Of a stretch of DNA of 64,000 nt, positions 21,708 through 31,592 are shown piece by piece. Source of the DNA: Prasinococcaceae sp. CCMP 1430 (lineage: Eukaryota > Plantae > Prasinodermophyta). The translations under genes were made by a program, and so were the position numbers. The DNA is taken from contig RQSC01000630.1 in the NCBI GenBank assembly GCA_013416795.1, positions 24,998-88,997 of the forward strand, in the 5' to 3' direction. The notes under the pieces are model-generated. The model had not been told where the DNA came from. It ran no database searches and was given only the letters and a program-made list of their open reading frames with translations. How positions within the stretch are numbered: the stretch's first letter is position 1; each line of letters starts with the position of its first letter.

Positions 21708-22759
21708 ATGGCCATGGACGGGGGCTACGAGACGGGCACGGCGCCCACTCTGCACGCATCGCCGCTGCCGGGCGCGGCGGGCGCCGAGGTAGTTCTGAGC
21801 GATGACGAGGCGCGCCACGTTCGCTCGCTGCGCCTGCGACCCGGCGATGCTGTGCGCCTCACCGACCTGCAGGGCGGGGTGTGCCTCGCCGTGCTCGCCC
21901 CCTCTGCGGGCGCCTCCGGAAACGGTGCGCAGAGGGCCGGCAAGGGACGCAGGGGCGGCGGCGGACGAAGGGGCGGCGGTGGTGGTGATATGATCGCTGT
22001 GTCGACTGCTCCCGCCGTCATGGTGCCGTGGGAGGGGCCGCGCTGGGAGATGTGCGTTGCGTGCAGCACGCTCGCGGGCGGCCGCGCCGACTGGCTGGTG
22101 GAGAAGGCATCGGAGCTCGGCGCGTGGTCGCTGCAACCGACGCTGACGGCGCGTTCGAGTGGCGGCGGCGGCGAGCGCAAGGGCGGCGCGCCTGCGCGCG
22201 CCGAGCGCTGGGAGCGCGTCGCGCGCGCGGCGTCCAAGCAGTGCCTGCGGCCGCACGCGCTGCGCGTGCCGCCGCCGGCCGAGCTCCTCGGCGAGGACAT
22301 GCGAGCGCGCATGGCACGCGCGCCGCTGCTGCTGCTAGCGACGCCCGGCGGCGCGCCGCTGCCAAACGTCCTGGCGGAGTATGCCACCAGCACCGCCGCA
22401 GGTGACTCGCAGGCAGAGCCTTGCATGCTCATCGTCGGGCCGGAGGGCGACCTCACGGTGCGCACGCGAACCGCCAAGCACGCCTCCTCAACGCGCGTGC
22501 CTCTAGCTGCGACGCAAGTGAGCCTGCGCGTTCACGCGCGCGCCTGCGCTGACCACGGCGGACGCGTGCCGCTTCGTGCCTCCCTCGCGTTGCGACGCGC
22601 GCACACACGCGACCGCACGCGCGCCCGCGCGCTCTGCAGGATGAGGAGAAGGAAGCCGTCCTGGCAGCAGGAGCGACGCCGGTCGGCCTCGGCAAGCTAC
22701 GGCTGCGGGCAGAGACTGCCGCCGTCGCCATGCTATCTGCTTGCGCGCTGGCGGCATGA
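21708..22759 (+). CDS. rsmE: RsmE 16S rRNA m3U1498 methyltransferase (SPOUT), organellar; intron 22458-22639
   Basis: EARHVRSLRLRPGD, RADWLVEKASELGA, AASKQCLR, LIVGPEGDLT|DEE...LGKLRLRAETAAV. Confidence 0.9.
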
Positions 22760-22926
22760 GCCCGCGCGAGCCCGCGCAAAAGGTGCCAGCATGTATATGT
22801 ACCGATCCGTTTGACTCGAGGGCGGGTCGCGATCATGCGCGCGCGCGCATAACCCTCTGATTTGAAGAGGTGCGAGAAAGCAGCAGGTGCCGCGGAGTAG
22901 CCCCGGCGCGTGCAACGATCCCCGCC

Positions 22927-24273
22927 CTACTCGTACTTGGCCGAGGTCGCGCGGCCGTCGACCAGCCACGCAGCGACGGCGACGCCCAGCGCGAGCTGCA
23001 TGAAGTCGCCGAATGCGTTGTCATCCCCGCTAGCGCGAGGCTTGCTGCGAGGCTTGCTGCGCACGGCCGCCGCCGGCTTGGCAGCAGACCTGGGCGTGGC
23101 CACGCGGGCCTGCCTCCTCGAAGCAGCGGGCTGGGCGACAGAAGTGGACGCGGCCGCCGGTGTCGCGGTTCGCCTGACGCGCGTGCTCCTGGCGGACACG
23201 GCGGGTGCGGCGGCCTCGGCTGCCGCGGTTGGTTTCGCGGCCTCGGCGGTGACCGCGGCGCGCCTCGCGCGCGCCGGGAGCACGCGCGGTGGCGGCTTTG
23301 CCGGAGCCGCTGCCTCGGCCGTCTCGGCAGCCTCGATCGGTTTCGCGGCCTCGGCGGTGACCGCCGCGCGCCTCGCACGCGCAGGGCGCGCGCGCGGCGG
23401 CGGCTTGGCAACCCTCTTGGGCCGCGTCACCTTCACGCGCTCACGTTTGGCCTTTGTGACTTTCTTGCGCACGGGCTCGCGCGCGAACCCCTTTGGCTTG
23501 GGACGAGCCACCGGCTTCTCCGCCTTCTTGCGCACGCGCGGCGTGCCAGTGCCGGTACGCGCCGTGGCGGCAGCGCTGGACCTGCTGGTTGAGGCGGGCT
23601 TCGTGACTCTGGCACTGCGGCTTGAGCGCTTGATCTTCGGCATCGCTGGCTTCGGCGCGCGAGCAGGGGCGGGTGGAGGCGCCGCGCGCGTCGAACGCAG
23701 CGCCTCAGCCCGTGCCCGCGCGGCCGCCTGCGCGGCAGCACGGGGGTTGCCCGCAGGCGCCGCGGGCGCGGGTGCGGCCTTGTATGCGGATGCGACGCGC
23801 ACGTCTGGTGCCTCGTAGCTGTTCATGGCAACCTGCCGTGAGATCGTGCCCGCGGAGGATGAGCGCGCGGCGCCTTTGAGGGCCACGTCAACGTGGCGTG
23901 CGAATGGGCCAGGCTTGCTTGCGAGGGCGGTCGCGAGGGCCTTCTCGTGCGCAATCGCCCGCTGCGACTTCACCAGGCCGGCGGCGCTGTACACCACCTC
24001 CACCTCCACCTCAGGGGGCGAGGGGCGCTTGTAGTTGATTGCTGCGTTGGCGTGCGGTGGCGCGACGATGCCTGACGATGCGATGACGGCCGCGAGCGCG
24101 AGCGCCGCAGCGCCCGCGGTGCCGCCGCTGCCGGAGCCCTCGGCGCATCGCGCCTGCAGCGCCGGCCGGGCTGCCTCGGACGCTCTCGCCACCGGCGGAG
24201 CGCGCCGCTGAGTGCGTGTCGCCGGCGCGGAGGCAACCGCCTTCGCCGCGGTTGCCGTCGCTCCCGCCGCCAT
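22927..24273 (-). CDS. Unknown protein with a bipartite (transit plus lumenal signal)-like N-terminus, an Ala/Lys/Arg/Pro-rich body and a C-terminal hydrophobic segment
   Basis: AAALALAAVIASSGIVAPPHANA|AINYK (h-region plus A-x-A), duplicated KPPPR..PARARRAAVTAEAAKP, and C-terminal FMQLALGVAVAAWLV. Confidence 0.65.
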   Translation of the reverse strand: MAAGATATAAKAVASAPATRTQRRAPPVARASEAARPALQARCAEGSGSGGTAGAAALALAAVIASSGIVAPPHANAAINYKRPSPPEVEVEVVYSAAGLVKSQRAIAHEKALATALASKPGPFARHVDVALKGAARSSSAGTISRQVAMNSYEAPDVRVASAYKAAPAPAAPAGNPRAAAQAAARARAEALRSTRAAPPPAPARAPKPAMPKIKRSSRSARVTKPASTSRSSAAATARTGTGTPRVRKKAEKPVARPKPKGFAREPVRKKVTKAKRERVKVTRPKRVAKPPPRARPARARRAAVTAEAAKPIEAAETAEAAAPAKPPPRVLPARARRAAVTAEAAKPTAAAEAAAPAVSARSTRVRRTATPAAASTSVAQPAASRRQARVATPRSAAKPAAAVRSKPRSKPRASGDDNAFGDFMQLALGVAVAAWLVDGRATSAKYE

Positions 24274-25065
24274 CGTTGCCCCGGCCGCGCCTACCACGCC
24301 CACCCCGTGTGCGTCCCTGCCCGCACACGCCAGCCGCACGCGCATCCGCACGCGCCGCTAACACCGAGGAGGCGCGCACGTGCGGCCTTTACCCACGCGC
24401 GCCGCACTCCCCCCCACGCCCACACACACCCAGCATCTCGCTCGCTCGCTCGCGCGCGCACCCGCGCACCGGAAAATCCGCGGGCCGCGCGTCCCTCCGA
24501 AATTTCCCCCGCGGGTTCGCCCGCGCGCCCTCGTTTCGATGGCGGGCGCCCGCCGAGACCCACGGTCCCGCCGCGGCGCCCCCCCGGGGCGAAAAGACGG
24601 AATGACTAAAATGACGGATTGGGTTTTATTCACAAAACATTACGTAAAATATGTCACAATGCATTAAAACGTTTTCCATCGCTGTGAGAGGCGCTGAAAA
24701 GGTGGATCGCGCGGCGAAAAAGCGGATCGCGCGGCATCCACGTCAGCCCGGAGGGCGGGATGATGCGGGGGAGCGCGCGGCCGCCACGCGCGCGCGCGTC
24801 CCGCAGGCCATCAAATGGCACTGTAGGAACAAAGTAACCACGGGAGAGCTCTTCATTCGTGTACAGGAGCATCTCCATTGAGTGCTTGGCGCGACAGGGC
24901 GTGCACCGCCGCGGGTACGCAAGGCTGCCGTGGCGCCGACGGCAGGCCGTGCGGGCCGTGCGGGCCGTGCGGGCCTGCGGCGGAGGCGGAGGGGCTGGGG
25001 GGGTGGGGGGGGGTCAGAGCTCCGGCGAGGGGAGCTGCAGGCGCGTGATCCAGCCGACGGGCGGC

Positions 25066-25878
25066 ATGGTGCGCGTGGTCGTGTGGACGGCGCCGCGCTG
25101 CGTGTCGACGGCCCTCGAGAAGGCCCTGGCGGGCGCGACGCCGCGCGTCGACGTCATGCACGAGCCGCTGTCCAAACACTACTACTTCGGACCCCAGCGA
25201 GTGTCCGAGCGCTACGCGGGCCAGCCGCCTGACACCGCGTCTGACGCAACGCCGGATGGCGTCTTCGAGCGCATTCTCGCCGCGGGCGACGGGGAGAGGG
25301 GCGCGCACGTGGTAGTGAAGGACATGGCGTACTACCTCGACGGTTACGACGTGCGAGCTGCCGTGCGTTGCCTTCGCGCGGGCGATGTGCGACACGCGTT
25401 CCTCGTCCGCTCGCCGCGGGCAACCGTGCCGTCGCTTTACAAAGCGTCGCTCGACACGGAGCGCACAGGCTGGGACTACTTTGACGCTTGCGAGGTCGGC
25501 ATGGAGTCGCTGTCGAAGCTGTACGACGCCGTCGTCGAGGAGGAGGCGTCCGAGCCGGTCGTGCTCGATTCGGACGACCTCATAGACGACCCCACGGGTG
25601 CCATGAGGGCGTTCTGCGGGGCGGTTGGCTTGCCATTCGATGCGACTCGCATGCTTGCCTGGGAGGAGGGTCCTCTGCCAGGCTGGGACACGTGGGGCGG
25701 GTGGCATGACGACGCCATACACTCGACGGGCTTCCGGCCGAGGGCGGAAAGGGGCGCGTGGCTGAGGGAGTGCAAGCCCACGGGCCTCGGCGTCGCACAC
25801 GATGCTGTCGCGCGCGAGGCTGCAGAGGCTGCGATGCCCGCGTTCCAGAAGCTGCACGTAAAACGGTTGAGATGGTGA
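25066..25878 (+). CDS. Sulfotransferase-like P-loop protein (related to the N-terminal domain of plant BCAT-like proteins), intronless
   Basis: VWTAPRCVSTALEK, MHEPL, VVKDMAYY, HAFLVRSP, VVLDSDDLIDDP..AMRAFCGAVGLPFD..MLAW, WH..AIHSTGF. Confidence 0.8.
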   Translation: MVRVVVWTAPRCVSTALEKALAGATPRVDVMHEPLSKHYYFGPQRVSERYAGQPPDTASDATPDGVFERILAAGDGERGAHVVVKDMAYYLDGYDVRAAVRCLRAGDVRHAFLVRSPRATVPSLYKASLDTERTGWDYFDACEVGMESLSKLYDAVVEEEASEPVVLDSDDLIDDPTGAMRAFCGAVGLPFDATRMLAWEEGPLPGWDTWGGWHDDAIHSTGFRPRAERGAWLRECKPTGLGVAHDAVAREAAEAAMPAFQKLHVKRLRW

Positions 25879-26360
25879 GCCGTCCAGCCCCTCCTGTCCG
25901 CACCCAGTCATTCAAGAGATGTTGACCCGATGCGTGCGCACTGGTACGGGTCAAATGTACATGCCTTAGACGGGACTGCGGTGAGCTATTTGCCACCCCG
26001 CGCCACCACTTCTGTAGCGGCGCTTCTCTAGCTAGTGCCGCGTCGACAACAATCGGGAGGCAGAGCAAGCAAGTGATATTACAATGAGAGGTCGAGTACG
26101 CTCGCGCGTTTTGCGATCGCTTTTGCGTCTGTTGCAGGTCGCGATTCTTTGCAGTGTCGTGCTGTATACAGTGTGTGCAGCGTATGCGAGGTACGATCGA
26201 GAGGCGTCTGCCTTCTACGGCGGATGGCAGTCTCCCAGCGAAGGGGGCGTGAGAGGGAGGAAGGCGGCTAGATGGGCTGTACTCTTGACTCGGAGCACAG
26301 TATGATGTCGCCGGGTACGCCAGAGCGTGCAGGCCGCCTGATCGTCAACTACAAAGCGGA

Positions 26361-27680
26361 CTACAGGCCGACATACATCCTCCACCAGCACGTGAGCAAC
26401 AAGCAGTGCACCAGCGCGAGCGCACGGGCCAGTCTCACGGCTCGCCGGTTGGCGAAGATGCCCCCCCCGGCTGCCGCGATCAGCGCCAGCGGTCCCAGCG
26501 CAAACGCGAGCAAGCACAGCACGGCGCTTGTCCTCCACTCGTTTGGCGCGTGCTCCGGGAATGTCTTGATGTTGAGGCCGACCGCGAGCTCTCGCGTAGC
26601 GTCAGCCTGGGAGGCCGTGGAACGCGCTGCCTTGCGGAAGAGCTTCGCCGTTGCCGACAGCGACGAAGCTGCCGGCGCATGGCGACGCTCAGAAGCTGCC
26701 GCAGCACGGCTAGACTCAGCGGTCGTCTGCTGTCGCGAAGAGGAGAGAGCGTGCAGTCGGTAGGTGGGCTCACCGCCCAGCTTTCGACCAGCGGTGAGAG
26801 TCAGATCGAAAGGACGCCGCATGATGTCGTCAATGCGCGCGAGGCTCTGCCGGCAGCACGTTGGCAACGGCGGCTGCGAGGAGTGACGGAGGCCTCGAGC
26901 ACCGCCGCATTCACTTCCCCCGGGGCCTGGTTGATGTCCTCCATCGACCCTTCCCGTATTGTGCAAAGCAACAGGCAGGTCATCCCCGTCCTGGGCGGGT
27001 GGGTGCGGAGATGGCACCGCGTGCTCCCCAGACCACGTCGCCTGCTGCTGCCCTGCCGCTGGCACGACCCCGCAGGCGTCTGAGCGCGTGGCAGCACGCA
27101 CGCCAGCCGCCGGAGCCTCGGAGCGATGCCCAGGCGGTAGCGCTGTGTCTACGTGACCACGGGTGGCCGCTGCGGCTATGCCTCGTCCGCAGACGATGCA
27201 AAGGATGTCTCCCGGGCTGTTGAGCGCAACTTGGTTGCGTTGGAGCTCCCCGTTGGAGACGATGCAGCTCCGTGCATTGGGCGGCGGCGCGGAGGGTACG
27301 GGTCTCGCGTTCGCGCGCAGCGCGTCGACATGCTTCGCCTCGCGACGGAAGAATGACCCGCGGAGAAGTCCCAGCTCCAGTCGGACGTCGGGGTTGCCTG
27401 GTCGGGCGCGCATCAGCGCACCGCCGAGAGGGGCATCAGTAACGACCCGCACGGCCCTGCTGAAGGGGGCGTCGTGCGTGCCTCGGTGTCGCGCCGCGCC
27501 TCCGGTTTGGAGGACGCCCTCGAGTGTACCACCCGACCCCACGGCAGCAGCCGCGGGCGCGACCGCGGACAGCGCATCGATGTCCACTGCGACGAGCCCC
27601 CCGGAGTCGCTGGGGCACCCTCCCATGGGCGCCTCGTTGTCGGCCGGTGCGTCGCCGCGTGCGCAGGGGGTAGGGGCCAT
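26361..27680 (-). CDS. Hypothetical protein with two C-terminal hydrophobic helices
   Basis: 439-codon ATG-initiated ORF ending AVLCLLAFALGPLALIAAAGGG...LALVHCLLLTCWW. No family recognised and the exon structure is uncertain. Confidence 0.4.
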   Translation of the reverse strand: MAPTPCARGDAPADNEAPMGGCPSDSGGLVAVDIDALSAVAPAAAAVGSGGTLEGVLQTGGAARHRGTHDAPFSRAVRVVTDAPLGGALMRARPGNPDVRLELGLLRGSFFRREAKHVDALRANARPVPSAPPPNARSCIVSNGELQRNQVALNSPGDILCIVCGRGIAAAATRGHVDTALPPGHRSEAPAAGVRAATRSDACGVVPAAGQQQATWSGEHAVPSPHPPAQDGDDLPVALHNTGRVDGGHQPGPGGSECGGARGLRHSSQPPLPTCCRQSLARIDDIMRRPFDLTLTAGRKLGGEPTYRLHALSSSRQQTTAESSRAAAASERRHAPAASSLSATAKLFRKAARSTASQADATRELAVGLNIKTFPEHAPNEWRTSAVLCLLAFALGPLALIAAAGGGIFANRRAVRLARALALVHCLLLTCWWRMYVGL

Positions 27681-27950
27681 GATCGCCCCGCGCCAATTTT
27701 ATCAGCACCGCCGCGCAGCGGCCCGCGGCAGGCAACGTGGCAGGCGGGCGCCCGGGAGGCGGCTCAGCCGCGGCTGGCGTCCGGCGCCCTCGCGGCCTGC
27801 CGCGGCCCGGCCCGCGCCCGCGCGGCGCGGCCCCTCACTCAGCGCGAGGCGCGCGGCCGGCGGCGCGGCGCTGTGGCGGCGGCGCGCCGCGCGCCCACGC
27901 GACCCACGCGGCGGGCGCCGCCGGCCGCGAGGGCGCGTCGCCGCGCCGCT

Positions 27951-28637
27951 ATGACTGAGTGCTCCAATGATTGCGGTCGTGCGCGTATCAGCGACAGATC
28001 GCACACAGACACTGCGTGCCGACACTGCATGTGGACCATCCTCAGACGCGTGGCAACTCATCTACGTCATGATCATGCGGTGAATCCTGACAATGCCGTG
28101 TTCACAGATACGCCACGTCACCCCGCGCCCGGCGCAGGCACGGGAGGGCGCTGGCGCAGCAGCGCGGCGGCACTCCACTGTCGGTTGCCCGCTTCGTCCG
28201 ACCATGACGTTGTGTATCTCGTCGGTGAGAGCGTATCATTCCGTATCTTTGCTCGGCGCGGAGCCCGCCGGGGGAGAGGCCTATCGCGCAGAGGGGAGGC
28301 GCCGAGGCGCCCGCGCGCCTCGAGTCCCTCAGCCGGCCGTCGTCCGGCCGGGGGTGCCGCGTTGCTGCCGCCGCTACCTGCGCGCACACACCGCCTTCCC
28401 GCCAGTGGCGCTGCAGCCCTCGTGCAGGGGCTGCTGAAGGCCGCGCGAGCCCTCGCCCAGGTGCGAGTGTCACATAAATGGAACCACGCCAGTTTCGGTG
28501 CGAGTTTCGATCCACCCCAGGCGACAATGAAAGTGTGCGCTCTTGATGGCGCATATGTTTCGACATTGCGCGCATTGCGATGTGACCTTTGCGCGATCTG
28601 CACGCGAGAGAAGGAGAGACCAACTCTAATTTTATGA
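27951..28637 (+). CDS. Possible small Cys/His-rich hypothetical protein
   Basis: ATG in gccgctATG context, CRHC...HLRHDH, lower GC than neighbours. No homology recognised. Confidence 0.2.
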   Translation: MTECSNDCGRARISDRSHTDTACRHCMWTILRRVATHLRHDHAVNPDNAVFTDTPRHPAPGAGTGGRWRSSAAALHCRLPASSDHDVVYLVGESVSFRIFARRGARRGRGLSRRGEAPRRPRASSPSAGRRPAGGAALLPPLPARTHRLPASGAAALVQGLLKAARALAQVRVSHKWNHASFGASFDPPQATMKVCALDGAYVSTLRALRCDLCAICTREKERPTLIL

Positions 28638-29002
28638 GCGAGCGGCCAGCGGCCTGCACTTTTGTTGGTCGGCGGAGCGTTTTTGCTTTCACCTTTGATT
28701 TGAAAGGGGGTCGAAGTTCTCCCCAACACACACACACCGGAACAAAACGGCCCAACGGATGGGAAGGCGCGCGCGTGGGTGGGTGTGTCGATATGGTCGC
28801 ACCACGTCGGGTGATGGCGGAGCGCGCGAAAGCGAGGGCGGGAGGGGAGCAGGAGAAAAATTTTCGCGCGACACAGCGCGCGCGCTGCGCCGCGCCGGGG
28901 AGCGCCCGGGAGCGCCGCGCCGGGGGAGCGCGCGGCCTCTCCTTCGTCCCCCCCTCCCCCCCTCCCTCGGCGGTGCGCTGGGATCGTGGTGGGCTGGCGG
29001 CG

Positions 29003-31459
29003 ATGAGCGGCGGCGGCGGCGGCGGCGACGCCGATGCGCTCCGCGCGCAGGTGCGCTTCCTCGAGGACAACGTGCGGCGCCTCAACGAGGCGCTGAGCGC
29101 GCAGCAGCTCGCAATGACCGGAAGCGCGACGAAGCCTCTCCATTCGGCCCCGCGCCGCCGCGGCTCGTCGACGCCCAGTACCTCTCGCCGCTGCTCGTGG
29201 CGTACGACAGGCGGCTCGCCGCGGCGGAGGGCGCCGACCGCGCGGCGCGCGCCGACGCCGACAGGATGCGGTCGCGCATCGATGAAGTCGTGGCGGAGAA
29301 CGAGGCGCTCGCGGCGGAGGCGGCGCGGGCGACGGAGGCGCTCGCGGCCAAGACGGAGGTCGCAGAGGCGGCCATGCCCCACGAGAACCGCGAGCTGCTC
29401 GAGCGCATCGACATCCTCACCCGCGAGAACGACTCGGTGCTCGCACAGGTGAGCTCGCTCGAGGAGGAGAACGGGCGCCTGCACGCAACGCTCGAGGCAC
29501 GCGCCGCGGAGAACGCGCGGATGGCTCGAGAGCTCGCGGGAGTCAAGGGGAGGCTGGAGGCCTCGAGCCGTCGCGTCGCCGCCGCGGAGCGCGAGGCAGG
29601 CGCCGCCGCCGGCGCCGTGCAGCGGGCTGCCGCGGCAGACGCGGCGGTTGTCACGAGTGCGGGCGCTGCGGTGGACGCGCAGCGCAAGTTCGCCGAACAG
29701 AGCGAGGCGCACCTGTCGGAGATCCGTGCGCTGCAGTCTGGGAGCAGCGCCCTCACGGCGCGGTGCCGCGAGGCCGAGGCCGCCGCCGAGGCGTCGCGCC
29801 GCGAGGCGGCCGCCGCTCGCGAGGCCTGCACCTCAAGGGAGAGGGAGCTCGAGGTCTCGCGCAAGGAGGCGACGGACCTCGCTGCACGCACCTCTGCTCT
29901 CGAGCAGTCGGTCGCGGACTACCAGGCACGCGACGTGGAGGTCTTCCAGCGGGTGAAGGAGGCGCTCGATCGCTCCGAAGGTGCGCACGCGGCGCTGCGA
30001 TGCTCATCGGCGCGCGCGCACCGCATCTGCCGTGCTCTGACACTCGTCGCGCGCGTGCGCACGGTGCGCGTGGCGCGCAGAGGCCAAGCGAGCCCGCGAT
30101 GTCGTGCTCACGGAGAAGGGCGCGCTTGAGGAGGAGAACAAGAGCTTGGTGGAGCGCCTGCGCTCGGTGCGCGCCGAGTCGCGCGCTGAGCGCGAGACAG
30201 AGATGGCGCGTCAGAAGGCCGTCGCCGCGGCTGATCGCGATCGTCTGGAGCGCCAGCTGCAGGCTGCGATGGAGGGCCAGGCTGTGGCTGAGCAGGCGTG
30301 TCTGCGCGCGAAGCGCGAGGCTGCCTCGGCGGCCGCCGATGCGCGTGCTGCGCGTGAGGCAGCGCTCTCGCAGTTCGGTGGCCAGGCGCTCGCCGCCGCG
30401 ACTGGCACTGCAGCCGCCGTGGCCGCTGGCGCCCCCGTGGCGGACGCCGAGGGCGCTGCTGCCGCCGCTTCGGCGCTCTCGCCCCTGCAGTTGGTGGCGC
30501 AGCTCGAGAACGCGGAACGCGCCCGCCAGGAGTCCGAAGAGCGCGCGGCGTCGGAACAGCGCAGCGCCGAGCGCGCCGCAAGCGAGGCTCGCGTTACGCA
30601 GGCAGCGCTCGCGGCGGACGTGTCGCGCATCGAGGCGCACTCCAAGCGCCTGCAGGCCGACACTGATATGCTCCGCGATCGCGTCGAGCGCGAGCGCGTC
30701 CGCCGCGAGGAGGCCGAGGCCGGGCAGCGCTCAGCTGAGCGTCGCGCTGCCGAGGCGGGTGCCATGGCTGCCCGAGAGATTGATCGCCTTTCTTCGGAGT
30801 CTGACCGCAAGACGCGCGCACTGGCGTCGCGCCTTGAGCAGGCGGTGTCGCTCTACAACCAGTCGGCCGCCGAGGCTGAGAATGTGCTCGCTGAGAAGGA
30901 GGACGCGCTGGACACGTGGAAGAAGGAGGCCAAGGAGGCCGCCGCGCGCCTTGAGCGCGTGGGCGAGTCGCAGCGCCTCGAAATCGAGCGTCTCACCCAC
31001 CGCAACGAGGAGCTCTCCAACAAGCTGCAGACGCTGGTCAAGGAGGCATCCAGCGACCGCGAGGGCGTTGAGCGGTGGCGCCTCGAAGAAGCGACCCTGC
31101 GACCCGAGCTTGAGGCCGCAGTGACCGCCCGCGACGACCTGCAGCGGCGGTTGGCGGCGATCAGTGCGCGCGAGGATGGAATGCTGCGCGAGCGCCGCGA
31201 ACTGGCCGCGGCGGTGGACGCCGCCAAAGTGGAGAGCGCGCGTGCATGCCGCCAGCGCGACGCGGCGCTCGCGCAAGCCGAGCAGCTGCGGCGCGAGGCC
31301 GACGAGACCGAGCGCGCCAAGCGTGACGCCGTCGAGGCGGTCCAACGAGAGCGCGCGCTTCAGGCGCTGGTCGGCAGCATAGGCGGCACAGCCGTCCTGA
31401 AGGACACCAACGGCTCGAAGGCCTCAAAGCGCGCCCAGGCCAAGGTCGCGGCCAACTAG
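29003..31459 (+). CDS. SCLT1: SCLT1-like centriolar distal-appendage coiled-coil protein; intron ~29981-30080; apparent frameshift ~29115-29135
   Basis: VRFLEDNVRRLNEAL resembles IDFLREQNRRLNEDF, DAQYLSPLLVAYDRRL resembles DQSFLAPLVTEYDKHL, and IDEVVAENEAL resembles LENVIKENERL. CEP89 shares the middle motif, but the N-terminus favours SCLT1. Confidence 0.7.
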
Positions 31460-31592
31460 CTCCGTGCCATGGCGCATGTAGACACGTGCACGCATCGACA
31501 CGCATCACACTAATTCCTCGAGTATTACCATCACAACTGTGCCCACGCCCCGTCGCTGTCTCTCTCTCCCGTGCTGGAGAGGCGCGAAGCCG

